From Balamuthia mandrillaris (Eukaryota): a stretch of 64,000 nucleotides of DNA. A program made the translations under genes and the position numbers. Each line of letters begins with the position of its first letter. Position 1 is the first letter of the stretch. The notes beneath the pieces were generated by a model, which saw nothing but the letters and a program-made list of their open reading frames with translations, did not search any database and was not told where the DNA came from. Shown here in pieces: positions 36,937 to 50,165 of this stretch. The stretch spans positions 1 to 64,000 of the forward strand of contig JAVKOQ020000041.1 of NCBI GenBank assembly GCA_031835245.2, read 5' to 3'.

Positions 36937-38049
36937 ATGCAAAGACAAGCGTACGTGCCCCGTTGCTTTTTTTTTTTGGGCTTGTTGGACTGACCATCTT
37001 TCCTTCTGTCTCTGTCTGTGGACCGATCAAATAGCGCCCTATTCTTATCGGTGGTGGCTCTGTTTTTCGTGCTGCAGGTGCTCTACTCCTTTTCTCCCTC
37101 ATCTCCTTCTTCGTCGGCTCAACTTCGGATAAAAGCATCTGCAACAACACAACAAACTACCTCTTTTGTTGCTTCCTCTTCGCCTCCTCCCTCCAATCAG
37201 TGTTTAATCTTTTGGCACGTCAAAAAGACCGGCGGAACCACCCTCCGGCACATACTCCTCAAAGACTCTGAGCTCCGGGACCGCACGTTCTCTTGGGAAC
37301 GAGGTTTTACCGGTGGTTTCGATTCCGATGTTGTCTTTGGCCACGCTCCCGTAAGTCGTGTCATTCACTTGCTGGAAACCAACGACAAAAACTTCACAGG
37401 ACAAAATATAACGTTGTTGGCAGATAGAGAAGAGGAAGCAGAAACAGCAAATGCGACAGGAGCAGAATGCTATTGGATGATGTCCTTGAGAAACCCACTG
37501 GAACGATTCTTGTCCAGGTTCTACTTCAAAAAGCGATGGGGCGACTCTGTGGAAGACTTTGTGCTGAACGGCTCCAAGTTTGCGCTTCGTTCCTTTCAGC
37601 TGTTGAGGGACGAACAAGAGTTCCTCAGGCTGAAGGCCGTATTGCACCGGTTTGATCTGATCGTGCTCTCCGAGCGTTTCGACGAGTCTTTGCTGCTGCT
37701 CATGGAGGACAGAATGATCGGAGAGGAGGCCTTCCTTGACTACACCAACTTTGGCATCCTTCATGGCCGACCGAAAGCCTCTGATTTTTCTCCAATAGTG
37801 CGTCAACGGCTGGAGGAGCTACTCCACTTAGACATTCTGCTGTACCAACAGGCGGAGCAGCTGTGGCAGAAAAAGGCGAGAAGCAGTAGGTTCGGAGGAG
37901 AGGAGGGGCTGAGGAAACGGTTGGAGGAGTTGCAACGGGAGAAAGGAGTGCACCGAGGTTGTGCTGAAGAGGGAGAGACCAAGCTGGGTGGGTCTGGTCA
38001 TTGCAAAGAGTTTTCACAAACGTTGGGGGCGACACAACAACAGCAATAA
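36937..38049 (+). CDS. Golgi type II membrane sulfotransferase (Sulfotransfer_2 / Gal3ST-like)
   Basis: Micro-exon MQRQA plus intron, TM helix, 5'-PSB FWHVKKTGGTTL, 3'-PB LRNPLERFLSRFY, LIVLSERFDESLLLL. Confidence 0.87.
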
Positions 38050-38426
38050 TAAAGATTAACTGCACTCGAATAAGGTTAGTTGAACAGTATTGTGGATGTA
38101 TCTCGACATCAAATTGGTGTTCATCGTAGAGAGAAAGGACATGCAGGCAAGTTACTTCTCACAAAATTATCTGGTGTTGCTCCTTTGTTTTTGTTTGCGA
38201 AAGAACCGAGTCAGCTCCAGGAATATGGAGAGACTCAGGCCACCCTTTTCAAGGGTGTAGACCGTGAACCAATCAAACTTTGCGTAATCTTGGTGTAAAG
38301 TGATTTTCAGGCTTGGCCGCCTCCTCCATTTATACCTCGCTGAGGCACCCATCCGTTATGGGACAAGGGAATTTTATGCCGACTCAAAGGAAAAAAAACT
38401 GCTTAAAAATTAAGTAGTGAGAGAAG

Positions 38427-39202
38427 ATGAGAGCAGTGACGGAAAGGTTGGGCGGCGTTGGCTGTGGCGGCTCTTCGGTGAGCCCTTTGATGCGGGGCAG
38501 CGCCGGAGCGAAAAATATGTACTGCCCTTCGCTCGCTCGCCTGCGTCTGTGCCGCTCCCGTTTTTACTCCACGGCCAACGTGCAAGTGCCGCTCCCCCTC
38601 GTCAAAGAGCTCAGAGCCGAGACCGGTGCTGGTGTCATGGACTGTCGCAACGCTCTCGTACGGCTTTCTTCTCCTCCCCCCTCACTCTTTGTTGTTTTCT
38701 CCACTCCACTTTCAAAACGTTTAAACTCACACCCAACAAAATTAAAAACCAAGGCTGAGAGCGACAATGATTTGGGGAAGGCCAGAAGATGGTTGCTCCA
38801 ACAAACCAAGAAAAAGATGGCCAAGAAGCAGTCGCGCGTGGCGGCCGAGGGTCTCGTCGCCGTCTCGCTGAGCGCCGACGCCGCCCGAGGCGTCATGGTG
38901 GAGCTCAACTGCGAGACGGACTTTGTCGCCCGCGTTCCCGCCTTTCAGGAATTAGCCCTCGCTGCTGCCAAGTCCGTCGTTGAGACTCCGCGTGCGAACG
39001 TGCAGAAGAAGAAAGAAGAGGAGAAGGAGGAGAAAGGGGAGGCTGTCTGTGTGGAATGGCTGCAGAACCAAAGGCCTGTCTTTGTGCATTCTCAGAAGAA
39101 AGGAGCAGCCACCGTGGAGGAGGGCATTGTCGGATTGTTCGGACAGGTGGGTGAGAAAATGGTGCTTCGACGTGCTGTTGAGCTTTATGCTGCTGCTGGT
39201 TT

Positions 39203-39241
<39 letters not shown>

Positions 39242-39832
39242 ATTCTCTTCATGCTAATGAGCAGGAAACAAACAAACACAGAAAAGGAGGCATCATCGGT
39301 AGTAGGAGGATATGCTCACAACCCACCTGGAGAATACCCTGAAGTCGGCACCAAAGCTGCTCTCGTTCACTTGCTCTATCAACCTTCGTCTGCATCCTCT
39401 TCCCCCTCAACCCAAAGGTTGCAAAGAACAGCCAACCTGTTGGCTCGCCATATTGCCAGGACAGGACCTCTCTATACCTCCAAAGAGGAGGTTCCTTCTT
39501 CCGTTTTGCAAAGTTGGAAAGAAGAGAATGCCAAAAGGGGCAACAACAGCGAAGAAGAGGCTTATCGTCAGTTGGCTTTGATGGAACAAGAAATAGTCAT
39601 ATTTCCTCATGAAGAGGAAGAGGAACAACAACAGAACGGAGGAGCAGCGGAGGAAGCAAGAAACGAACCCGTGAAAGCATTCTTGTCGAGGCAAGAAGAG
39701 AAGTTGAGCGGAAAGATTGCCGTGAAGCAGTTTGTGAGATGGCAAGCTGGCGAAGGCATCGAGAAGGAGGAAAAGGACTTTGCTCAGCAGGTTCAGGAGG
39801 AAGTCGCCCGTGCTGCAGCTGCCCAAAGCTAA
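38427..39832 (+). CDS. TSFM: Mitochondrial elongation factor Ts, 3 exons
   Basis: LVKELRAETGAGVMDCRNAL, RVAAEGLV, VELNCETDFVAR, VGEKMVLRR, FVRWQAGEGIEKEEKDFA. Confidence 0.95.
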
Positions 39833-39943
39833 CTCTGTTTCTGTTCTTTTTTTTTGTGTGTGAAAGAAAAGGAAGTGCAGCAAGGAGGGAAAAAAAAACT
39901 CTTTTTTATCGTTATAAATATGAAAAAGAGAAACAGAAAGAAG

Positions 39944-41099
39944 TTAGGAAGTGAAGACATCGGCGAGCTCATCGGGAGGAAGAGCAAAGTTTTCGGCGCG
40001 GTACTGCTTCCTCTGTGCTCTCTGGCGCAGTCGGTCTGCGTAGGATGAGTGGTCTTGTTTCGCAGCTTGCATCCGTTGCTGGTTGTTTTTTTTTTTGTTG
40101 TTTGTTTGTTTGCGTTAGGCAACAAAGAAGGAAAGAAAGAAAGAACGAAACGACAAGAAAGAAGAAACGAACCAAAGAAGGAGCAGTGTAGAAAGGATTC
40201 AAGTAAAGCGTAGGCCCTCCGAAACAACCCTCAAAGATGCGATAGAGGTCCAGCACGAAGCGCGGGCCGATCTCCACCAACGCGGGCTGCTCCGTCTTGT
40301 TGGGCTTGTGAATGATCTGATAGTTGCGGAACCATATCTTGTTGTCCTGAAGGCTAAAGGTGAAGACGTGGTCAAAGAAGGGTTTGGCTTTGGGGTGGCC
40401 GCGCGGCGTGCCGAAGCCTTGGGTCAGCATCTCGCGCAGGAGCATCCAGTGAGGCGCAGAGTCAAAGGCCTTGTTGAAGGAGAGCAGCGGGCGGGAGCCC
40501 CACAAACAGTTTCCTGTTAGCTTCAGCTCGTCCATTGTGTGAACTATAGTGTGTTTATCAGTGGTTTTGAGATAGTTACCAAACCACTGAAAGAGAAGCA
40601 GACAAGAGAACGAGACGAGGAGCAGAGGAGAGAAACAGCAAAGAAGGAGAAGAGAAAAAGAGAAACATAAAAGAAGCAGAGAAGCGGAAGAGAGAGAAGA
40701 CAAAGAGAGAGAAAGGCGCAATACGGAACTGTTCAAAACGAGAAACTTGGCGGAGGGTCCGTTGGGCGTTTTGGCCAGCCACATGAAGAGCTCCTGTCGC
40801 TTGCGCGCCTCAAAGAAGATGACGTTGTTGCAGTTGTTGAGGTCGGCCACCTCCCTCACCATGGCGTAGTCGTTCTTGGCCTCCAGCTTGGCCTCCTTCT
40901 TGCTGTGCGCCAGCAGGCGACGAACGTCGTTCATCAGGTGGCGTTCGCGAGAGGTTACTCCGCGAGAGCTCAGCACCAGCACTTTCTGTTTGTTTTTGAA
41001 GGGCTCCAACGTCCGCTGCGGCTCTTTCGATTTTTTAGATTTGGCTTTGGCTTTCTTGCTTTTATTTGTGTCGGCTTTTGCTTCAGCATCCTCTTTATG

Positions 41100-41133
<34 letters not shown>

Positions 41134-41393
41134 CCCCCTTCTTCCTCTTCCTCTTCGTCCTCTCCCTCGTCTTGTTCTTCGCCTTCTTCCTCCTCGCTGT
41201 CCTCCGGGTCAACTCCGTTCTGTTGATCCTCCTCCTCTTCTTCCTCGTTTTCTTCCTTCTCCTCTTTGCCGTTGGTTTCCTCCTCCTCCTCCTCCTCCTC
41301 CTCCTTCTCCGCTTCCTTCCTCTTTGTCTCCTCGGCCTCCTTCAACAGGGCATGTTGTTGCTTCCGCTTCTGCTGTCGCTGCCTCTTCCCCAT
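39944..41393 (-). CDS. BRX1: Ribosome biogenesis protein BRX1 (Brix domain), 3 exons
   Basis: KQKVLVLSSRG, HSKKEAK, NGPSAKF, HTMDELKLTGNCL.GSRPLLSF, DNKIWFRNYQI, LVEIGPRFVL, FGGPTLY. Last exon ends PPDELADVFTS*. Confidence 0.96.
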
Positions 41394-41767
41394 CCTCCTC
41401 TTCCTTCGCTTCCTTCTGTTCTTTTTCTCTCTTTTACGAAAAGAACAAGAAAATCGAAAAATTTCCCATTATCATCAATTATCGGATATTTTTTAAAGAA
41501 TAACGATTGATCTGTGATATACGACCCCTCAGGAAAAGAGCACCTCAGCAGAAGAGCCTGAGCATCTTTTGAGCATCTTCTGAGCAGCAATCAACGACCC
41601 CAGCATCGGATGTAACGCGTCTGAGAAGAACCAAAGAAGAGGGAGAGCTCAGCCTAGCGAACAGTTGGTCGTCCGGTCAACCAACCAACTTTGGAGGCCT
41701 GCAGAAGCAGCTCCACTACCAGCAACAAAATCAAAGAGCAAAGAGAGGGAAAAAAAAGCCGGAACAC

Positions 41768-42613
41768 ATGGAAGAAGAAGTGGTTATCGATACGCTTGAC
41801 TTGAAGCGGGACCTCAACGATGCCACTAGGCTCTACTCCGCAGCGTTCATGGACAATCCAGCCTACTCCTACTTATTCCCCAACAAATCTGCGCTCCCTC
41901 AAGCCCTTGTCTGGTTCTTTGAGCGCCGTCTTCGCATCATTCAGGAGCTGGGCGGCATGCTATGGTGTGCACGTCTTCGCTCCTCTTCCTCTTCTCGCTT
42001 GATCGGTTGCGTTTGTGCTTGTTCTCCGGAGGCGGCTAAACCCCCCGCTTGGACCATGGTGCGTCACGGCGTGCTCCTTTGGCCTGTGTGGTGGGGCCTC
42101 GAAAGCCTTGGACGACTACAAAGCTCGCTCTCCGCTGGCTCCAAGCTGCAGCATGAAGCCATGCTCCGTATCGACCCTCCTCTAGAACATGAAGCGGGCA
42201 CTGGCAGCGATAGCAGCGGAGGCAGATGGGAGATAATGATGATGGCAGTGGACCCAACATTTCAGGGGCGTGGTATAGGCACACGCTTGTTGAGGCAAGC
42301 GCTTGCCTGTCTGGCGGACCGCTTTCCGGCTGTGGCTGTTACGCTTACCACTCAGTTGCCACAAAACGTTCCGTTTTATCAGAAACAGGGGTTCATATGC
42401 GCACCTCCTGCTCCTTCTGCTGCTGCTGGTTCTTCTGATTCTTCTCGCTCTGTTGATGATGGTGGAGAGAAGAGAGAGGACGGGTCACCACCGCCAACGT
42501 TGATCATGTTCGAAGGAACCGAACACGAGTATCCTGATTGGTTGATGTACCTTCGCAGAGCGGACGACTTTGTTGGCACTAAAGGAAAGGAAAGCAAGGA
42601 TGTTTTGAATTGA
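41768..42613 (+). CDS. GNAT-family N-acetyltransferase, intronless
   Basis: AFMDNP, acetyl-CoA motif MAVDPTFQGRGIGTRLL, NVPFYQKQGF. Confidence 0.9.
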   Translation: MEEEVVIDTLDLKRDLNDATRLYSAAFMDNPAYSYLFPNKSALPQALVWFFERRLRIIQELGGMLWCARLRSSSSSRLIGCVCACSPEAAKPPAWTMVRHGVLLWPVWWGLESLGRLQSSLSAGSKLQHEAMLRIDPPLEHEAGTGSDSSGGRWEIMMMAVDPTFQGRGIGTRLLRQALACLADRFPAVAVTLTTQLPQNVPFYQKQGFICAPPAPSAAAGSSDSSRSVDDGGEKREDGSPPPTLIMFEGTEHEYPDWLMYLRRADDFVGTKGKESKDVLN

Positions 42614-42802
42614 TGTTTTCTTCCTGTTCTTCTGCTTTTTCTTCTTCTCCCGCAGGGGACGCGCGAGACAGCAAAAAATAATTAATTCAATATAGGATAC
42701 TCAGGTCAATATAGCATACCTCCACAAAATATATAATAAATTACAAACCGAAAAAGCGAGAAAGAAGAAGACCAGACAGAGCGTAACAAAAAAAAAAAAA
42801 AG

Positions 42803-43329
42803 ATGGTGTCCAAAGCTGTGATGTTATGGGTTACTCTACCACTCTCCTGCTTGCTGGTGTTTGGTGGTGTTGCCATTCTGATTGCTGGCTCCGTTTTGCT
42901 GGCAGAAGACATTGAAAACATTTGCGACTACACAGGTCCCACCCCTTTTCCGCCCTTCCTTATCATTTGCAGCTCTCTGAGCTCTCTTTTCTCTTTCCTG
43001 CATCTTCTTTGCTTTGTACAAGAACAGATGAAGGACTGGATTGTTGCGACACAGAGGCAGTCAACAATTCAGACTGCCCTTCGTTTGACTGCGGCTTCAT
43101 GGAACACGGCGGCTCCGATGCCTGTCACTGCACCGACCAGTTTGGTACCATTGTCTGCAAGGACCACAAGTCCCTTGCCAGGGGCATCGCCATGGTGGTC
43201 ATTGGAGGGCTGTGCTTCCTGTGTTGTCCTCCGGTGCTCTGTGTCAGCATCGTCATGTGCGTGAGGATCAGAAAGCGGGAGGACGGCGCTCCTGGCCATG
43301 CCTTAAGCCCTATGAGTAAACCCAATTGA
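42803..43329 (+). CDS. Small two-TM protein with a Cys-rich loop, 2 exons
   Basis: Hydrophobic N-terminal helix, loop C-CC-C-C-CHC-C, second hydrophobic Cys-rich helix and basic tail RIRKRE. Confidence 0.6.
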
Positions 43330-43418
43330 ACTATTTCTTTGAAGAATTTTTTTTTATTAATTTCAAACGAAAGAAAGGAAAATAACGAAACGAAGAGAAG
43401 CAGAGGAAGATGAAACCA

Positions 43419-43617
43419 ATGCTCTCCTTCCCCTTCCTCTTCTTTTTCGTTCTTGCCATAGTGGACCGACACACACAACACTGTGGCATGTTCATGACGA
43501 CATGGTGGCACGACCGATGCTCTCCTTCCCCTTCCTCTTCTTTTTCGTTCTTGCCACAGTGGTCGACACACACAACACTGTGGCACCACCATTGTGGCAT
43601 ATTCATGACGACATGGA
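43419..43617. repeat. About 98-bp imperfect tandem duplication upstream of the DEAD-box gene
   Basis: Units start at 43419 and 43517 (ATGCTCTCCTTCCCCTTCCTC...), and each contains TTCATGACGACATGG. Confidence 0.9.
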
Positions 43618-43766
43618 AACACCTATTATGCTTGCCTTTTTGTTGGGAAACCACTCTATTATGTTTTATAATCACCATATTAGACTATTATCCCCGATCC
43701 CTTCTTCGTTCTTGTGTGTTTTTGTTTATTGTTTTTTGTTGCACCTTTTTTTTTTGGGGGGAAAGA

Positions 43767-45993
43767 ATGAACAAGGCGAATCGAAGAAAGAGCAAAACGC
43801 GTTCCAAGGAGGACGAAGAGACCGAGCGCGCCTTCAACGGGGAACCTCAAGAGGAGGAAGAGAAGGAAGAGAGCGCAGAAGAAGAGGAGGAAAGTGAAGA
43901 AATAGAAGAGGAAGAGAACGCAGAAGAAGAAGAAGAAGAGGAGGAGGAGGAAGAAGAAGAAGAGGATGGGGAGGAAGAAGCTCAAGAGGGAGCAGAAGAG
44001 GAAAAAGAGAAGAAAGAAGCGGAAATAAGCAAAGAAGCGAACGGAGGTGAGGGTAACCCACCGGAGGAAGCAAGACCGGCCCCAAAGCGGAGGCCAAAGG
44101 ACTGGGAAGACCTAGGACTGAGCCGCTGGTTGATCGACAACTGCAGAGAGATGGGCCTTTACACACCGACCCTCATCCAAGAGCACTGCGTCCCTCCCGC
44201 TCTTCAAGGTTCCTTCCCTCTTCTCCTTCTCTTCATTCTCTGGTCTTCCTTCCTTCCTTCCTTCCTTCCTTCCTTCCTTCCTTCCTTCCTTCCTTCCTTC
44301 CTTCCTTCCTTCCTTCCTTCCTTCCTTCCTTCCTTCCTTCCTTCCTTCCTTCCTTCCTTCCTTCCTTCCTTCCTTCCTTCCTTCCTTCCTTCCTTCCTTC
44401 CTTCCTTCCTTCCTTCCTTCCTTCCTTCCTTCCTTCCTTCCTTCTATCTCGCTACTTGTTTGTCCTGTTTAACGTCCTGTTGACTTGTGGTGTAGGCAGA
44501 GATATAATTGGCAGTGCAGAAACGGGCAGCGGTAAGACGGCGGCGTTTGCTCTGCCAATCCTTCAGAAGCTCTCTGAAGACCCATTTGGCATCTTTGCTC
44601 TAGTGCTAACTCCTACGAGGTTCCCTCTCGTTCTCTCTTCCTCTTGGCTCTTCTCTTCTCTCCTCTCGTTCTCTCTGCTCCGTCTCTTGTTCTGTTGTCC
44701 TTTATACCTCTTGTTCGGTTCAGTCCTCTCGTTCTCCTTCTTCTGCATTCTTTTCTACTCGCATTTCTCAGGTATTTCTTTCTAATGAAACAAACACGAC
44801 TGCAGAGAGTTGGCCTTCCAGATTGCAGATCAGTTTAGGGCGTTGGGTAATACAATTGGCCTTAGAGTTGCCGTTATTGTTGGTGGCATGGGTAACTCTT
44901 CTCTCCTCTTCTCTCAGTCGTTTTTACCCTTTAAAACCAAAACACATGACAAAATAAATAGACAGAACACAACAAGGAATTGAGTTGACCAAACGGCCAC
45001 ACGTGGTGATAGCAACACCTGGAAGACTCATGGACCACCTTCAGAGTCATCAGGACAATCAGGCTTGCTTCAAGAAGTTGCGGTTTTTGGTTCTTGATGA
45101 GGCTGATCGTCTTTTAGAAAAAAGTTTTGCTGAGAGCATGGGATGTCTTTTGTCTATCATGCCCAGGAAACGGTTCTCTTTCCTTCCTCTCACAATCTTT
45201 CTTCGTGCACCACTTTTCTGCGTGTATCATTCGTAATTGTTGTCCATTCTTCTTTCTTGATCCTTTTTTTCCTCATCTCACTCTATCTTAACTATAGACA
45301 AACGTTGCTCTTCTCAGCTACAATGAACGAAAGCATCCGTCGCTTGGAAAAAAGCAACCCCAACATGTTCCGTTTCGACGCCTCTCCCGAAGGAAAAACC
45401 TACCAACCGGTGGCCAAGCTGCTGCAAGAATACATGTTCATGCCCGCCAAGGTCAAAGACTGCTATCTAGTCTACTTGTTGCGAGAGTTTGAGGCAGAAC
45501 AAGAGCGCAGGCGCAACGAACAAAGTTTGGCTTCTCGGATGGGAGGCTCCATTGCCGAAGGCGTTGCTTCATCTGCTTCTTCCAAGAAGAAGACCACAAA
45601 GACGAAGCTCAAAGGAGGCGGAGAGGGAGCACCAGATGGCTTAAGTGGACTGGTTGGATCACCACCAAGCGAGTCCTCCATCATCATCTTCACATCCACT
45701 TGTTCAGTGGCACAGTTGGTGGCCTCTTTGTTGACGCAGTTGGAGCTTCCAGCCACGCCATTGCATTCACAACTCTCCCAGGCAGATCGCAATCGTTCTC
45801 TCTTCCGTTTTCGTTCTTCTGTAGTTCGCATTTTGGTGGCCACTGACGTTGCAAGCAGGTTTGTCATTCTGTTCCTCTACTCTCTCCTCCTCCCCTCCTC
45901 CTCCTCCTCCCTCCTCCTCCTCCTCCTCCTCCTCCTCCCTCCCTCCTCCTCCTCCTCCTCCTCCTCCCTCCCCTCCTCCTCCTCCTCCTCCTC

Positions 45994-46024
<31 letters not shown>

Positions 46025-46475
46025 TCCCTTTCGTTTGTTTGTTATCTTTGTTATGACAAATCAAAACACAAAAAATAAACAGAGGATTGGACATTCCTAC
46101 GGTTGCCCTGGTGATAAACTACGACGTGCCAGGCAGCACCAAAGACTACATGCACCGCATCGGTCGTACCGGCAGAGCTGACAAGGAAGGTCATGCCATC
46201 ACTCTTGTTACCCAATTCGACGTGGAGCGAGTGCTGAGCATCGAACAAGAGACAGGACAAAAGTTGACGGAGCACAAAGCCAAAGAGACGGACGTCTTGG
46301 TCCATTTGAACGAAGCCTCAACCGCCAAGAAGTTGGCGGAGCTGCGCCTGGATGAAACTGGCTTTTGGGATAAGATAAAACAGAAGAGAAAGGAAAAGAG
46401 AAAAGGGAAAGGGAAGAAGCGAAAAACGAACCAAGGTAAGCGTTTCTCCGCTCTTCTTCCACGCTGTTCTTCCTG

Positions 46476-46518
<43 letters not shown>

Positions 46519-46618
46519 CACCCACAAAGACGAAAATGGAACAAGCGAGGGAGGCAACAAAAACGCACAAAAGCAACAACCACCAAACAAGCGGCCTAGA
46601 CAAACTCAATCCACATGA
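43767..46618 (+). CDS. DDX49: DEAD-box RNA helicase DDX49/Dbp8, multi-exon
   Basis: Q motif [83 protein letters not shown]. Confidence 0.93.
44246..44443. repeat. (TTCC)n tetranucleotide microsatellite in DDX49 intron 1
   Basis: Roughly 50 tandem units. Confidence 0.97.
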
Positions 46619-46869
46619 AGCGCCTTGGTTTTCCCAATAAACTTGAAGAGGACCTACCTCTCTTTCTTCCAAGAAAGAATGGCCGGCAAGGGGGGCCGTA
46701 GGCTCAAGGCAGCGTTGGCTGCAACACAACAGCTCCCACCCAAGTTTGGGTCCCTTGTCCCTAAACCGTCGTCTTGCCGGCTTGCAGGCCCTATAGAGAG
46801 AGAGAGGTCCCTATATTTATTTTTTGCAGACGAAGAAAAAAAACAAAAGAAAGAAAGAAAGAAAGAAGG

Positions 46870-47553
46870 ATGCAGCAGCAGCAGCAGAGCGGGGAGAAGG
46901 AGAAGGAGCGCGAGAAGGAGGGGCAGCAAGGCGGCCCCGCCCGCAACAACACCCACCGCCACACCGCCCAAGACCTGCCCCTCGCCCAATCCGAGCAAGA
47001 GCTCTCCAAGCTGCCCACCAAGGACCTGCTGCGCCACCTCCGCCGGGCCGCCGCCGCCAAAGAGGAGGAGAACCTCCAGCCCTTCAAGCAGCGCCTCCTC
47101 TCCGTCCTCCTCTCCAGGGACCTCTCCGACTTCTCCAACGAGGAGCTCTTTGAGTTCATGGCCCTCTGCCCCAGCCAGGCCAACAACGGCAAGGCCCTCA
47201 AGCACGCCGAGCAGCTGCTCCACTCCAGGGCGCACGCCGCCCAGATGATGGGCAAGAAGGCGCTGTGGCGGCTGCTGGGGTGGACGCTCAACTCCTCGCA
47301 GCTCCCCGACAAGGAGCAGAACCTGGTGAGGCTGGTGGAGCTGCTGCTGCACGGCAAGCGGTGGGAGGAGCTCAGCCACGAGGAGATGGTGCAGCTGCTC
47401 AACGTGGCCAGCCTGGAGCAGAGGAACAAGCTCTTGACGCACTTGTACCAGCAGAGGGAGAGGCTGACCTCCCTCCAGCTCTTTCAAGTGTTGAAGTTCT
47501 TCTTCTCTGGCCCACCCAATGAACAGGTTTTTTTTTTGGCCAGTTTACTTTCC

Positions 47554-47595
<42 letters not shown>

Positions 47596-47669
47596 TTCTC
47601 TCTCCATCTGCTTCTCTCTAAGCTCTTCTTTTCTTTCCCTTTGTCTCCCTATACCTTGTCTTCTTCATT

Positions 47670-47711
<42 letters not shown>

Positions 47712-49210
47712 TTCGCTTGATATCTTACGACGTTATTGTAATGACCAGATACAAAACCTGCTTAACACGATGTATTCACACGAGCAACAAAGAGTCACCA
47801 CAGAGAAAGAGAAACTATTCGCTTTCCTCATGTAAGAGCCTTTCTCGCTCCGTTAATCCTTATTTTTCTTATTCATTCACACATCTCCTTTTCAACGAAC
47901 AAAAAAGGCCTGTTGGTGGTGGAACCATGCACATGAATGCTGGCTTTGCTGCTGGGAGAGATCAGCCGGACGTGAACAACGGGCTCCGCCATACCTCCTT
48001 CCTCCAGCAACATGCCACTAAGTCTCATGTTTATTTCTTAGATTGTACATTCAACCCCGTTTACGAGCAACAGGTTACTACCCCTCTCACTCTCGTTCTC
48101 TCTGCTCTACTTATCTTTGCACATATGTTCTGCGATCTATTCTCTTAGGTCTCGCTTTCTCTATGCTCTTTCTATTACTAACATTGTGACATTGTGAATT
48201 TAGATAGCAAGAGATGGAGTACCCGCGTTGGCCAACTATGCCGTTCAACTATGGCGTCAACTGCCAGAGGACCAAGGAGCAGCCATCTTTCTCTCGCTGC
48301 CTCCCTACTCTCAAAAGCACCTTGTAGGCTGCCTGATGGACAACCATCCTTTGCTTCCTCTGCCTTATCCTCTTCCTGTAGTCGGAGCAGTCACCGCGGT
48401 TCGCGTCATCGCGCAATTGGTCCCGTTGGAAAAGTTAAGCAAGCATTCGGACCAATTGGGAAAACTGATGGGTTCTGCTCCCTCTGCTTTTCTTCATTAC
48501 AAAGACAAAGCTACGACATCGGAGCGTGGAGAGATGTTAACATCTTCGCCAATCATTGGTGCAACGGAAAGAAAGGAAGGCAAGCTGTCAGGAGAGGTTG
48601 TGGTCTGTTATGGAGAGTTGCATCCGTTTAAACTCAGCGAAGATGATACATTTGAGGAACTATTGCGACGTGCCACAATTCGGTACCTCTCGCTCTCTTC
48701 CCTTTCTTTCTTCTTTTTCTTCTGTTTTGCCCCCCCCCCCCCATATTCCGGTCTTTCTATTCTCTTTTCGCTATTCTCTTTCGCCTTCTCCCTTGTTGAT
48801 GTTCTTATAACAACTTCACTAAAAACAAAAGGTGGAATGTGGCAGTATCTTATTCTAATTATGAGCTTCAAGACGAGAACTTTAAAACCTTGCCTCCGCA
48901 AGAAAAGGTCATTCCCTACATGTTAAGCGACACTAATGACAGTCACATCATTCGCCTAACTCCCAAGGGTACTCTCTTTCCTCTATTTTTCTTCCTCTCT
49001 CGTTCTCCCGTTCTATTCTCCGTGTTTAAATATAACCTTACATCCAAAAACCAACAAACAAGGACCATTCACAGCGACACCAGCGTTTTCGCCCTTCCAG
49101 CCGCCATCAACAAGACAGCAACCAGCAGCCACTCCTTCTCCCTTCCGACCGTTCGGCCATCAGAGCGGAAGTTTATATTGAGGAGATCTCTCTTTAACAT
49201 CAAAAAATAA
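46870..49210 (+). CDS. Hypothetical multi-exon protein; helical N-terminus, possible C-terminal ubiquitin-like domain
   Basis: Codon-biased first exon (46870-47526) and further GT-AG-bounded exons. C-terminal VVVCYGELHPFKLSEDDTFEELLRRATIRW..YELQDE..IIRLTPK has a beta-grasp-like pattern. Confidence 0.6.
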
Positions 49211-49658
49211 ATAAATAAATAAATAAATAAACCGGAAAAAAAAGGAACAACGCTCCTCATTAACCTTTTCAGTATATTCGTCCGACGGCACCACTGCGAA
49301 ACTATCGGGTAGTCCGTGCTGACGTTTCGTGTGACTGCCCTGCGTCGCGCTTGCGTTGTGCATAGGCTGCTGAACCGACGCTGCTCTCCATAAAAAGGTT
49401 TCTTGAGACTAAAAGTTAACAGAAATTTCGGTGGTAGAAAGTTTAAATTAATTTGCTTTGCTCTCCGCCGATGCTCTTGGTAACGATGGTTCGTTAGTGT
49501 TCGATCGAAGGGATGGTAGGTGAGAGAAGGGAGAGGAACCGGAGAAGTATGTACACTCTTTGTTTTTTGTGCTCGGATACAATAATACAGCGATGATGAT
49601 ACAATACAGAAGTGTTTTTGAAAAGATAACGCAAAACGAATAAAGGTGTTGTTTCTAG

Positions 49659-50165
49659 TCATGCGAGTGGATTCGATGTGTTTTCCTTGTCAAAACCCTT
49701 TTCCGCAGTTGTTCGTAAGAGTGGCTCTTCCTCTGATATCCCTGCAAGAGAGGAACTCGCTGCAAAGGCTGGAGGCCGTAAGAATCGTTTCGTCTTGTCT
49801 GTTGCTATCATGGTCTTTGTCTTTTTAGTCAATCCGTTGCTCTGCTCTTTCCGGGGAGAGAAGCTGAAGGGTGAGCAAGGTTCCTTCCTTCTGATGGGGA
49901 TCCTGTTGCGGCTTTTGTCAGAGAACGGGTATGGAAACCCTAACGCAACTGGTGGTATCTCCGCTTCTTCGGGGTCGGTAGGGATCACCAGAGACACATC
50001 TCTTTTTCGTTCGTCATGGGGCGTACTCGGCGCCTGAGCTTTCTGGTGGTGTTGCTTCTTTGCCCAACGGAAAAGTGTTTTGCTATACTCGTTGAAGGCC
50101 CATTCCTCCTGTATGAAAATAGATTCGGGTGAAGACAGAGTAGGGTGCGGGGTCCTCATTTGCAT
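49659..50165 (-). CDS. Orphan ORF (168 aa), possible hypothetical protein
   Basis: ATG-initiated open frame with no recognised motifs. Confidence 0.3.
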   Translation of the reverse strand: MQMRTPHPTLSSPESIFIQEEWAFNEYSKTLFRWAKKQHHQKAQAPSTPHDERKRDVSLVIPTDPEEAEIPPVALGFPYPFSDKSRNRIPIRRKEPCSPFSFSPRKEQSNGLTKKTKTMIATDKTKRFLRPPAFAASSSLAGISEEEPLLRTTAEKGFDKENTSNPLA

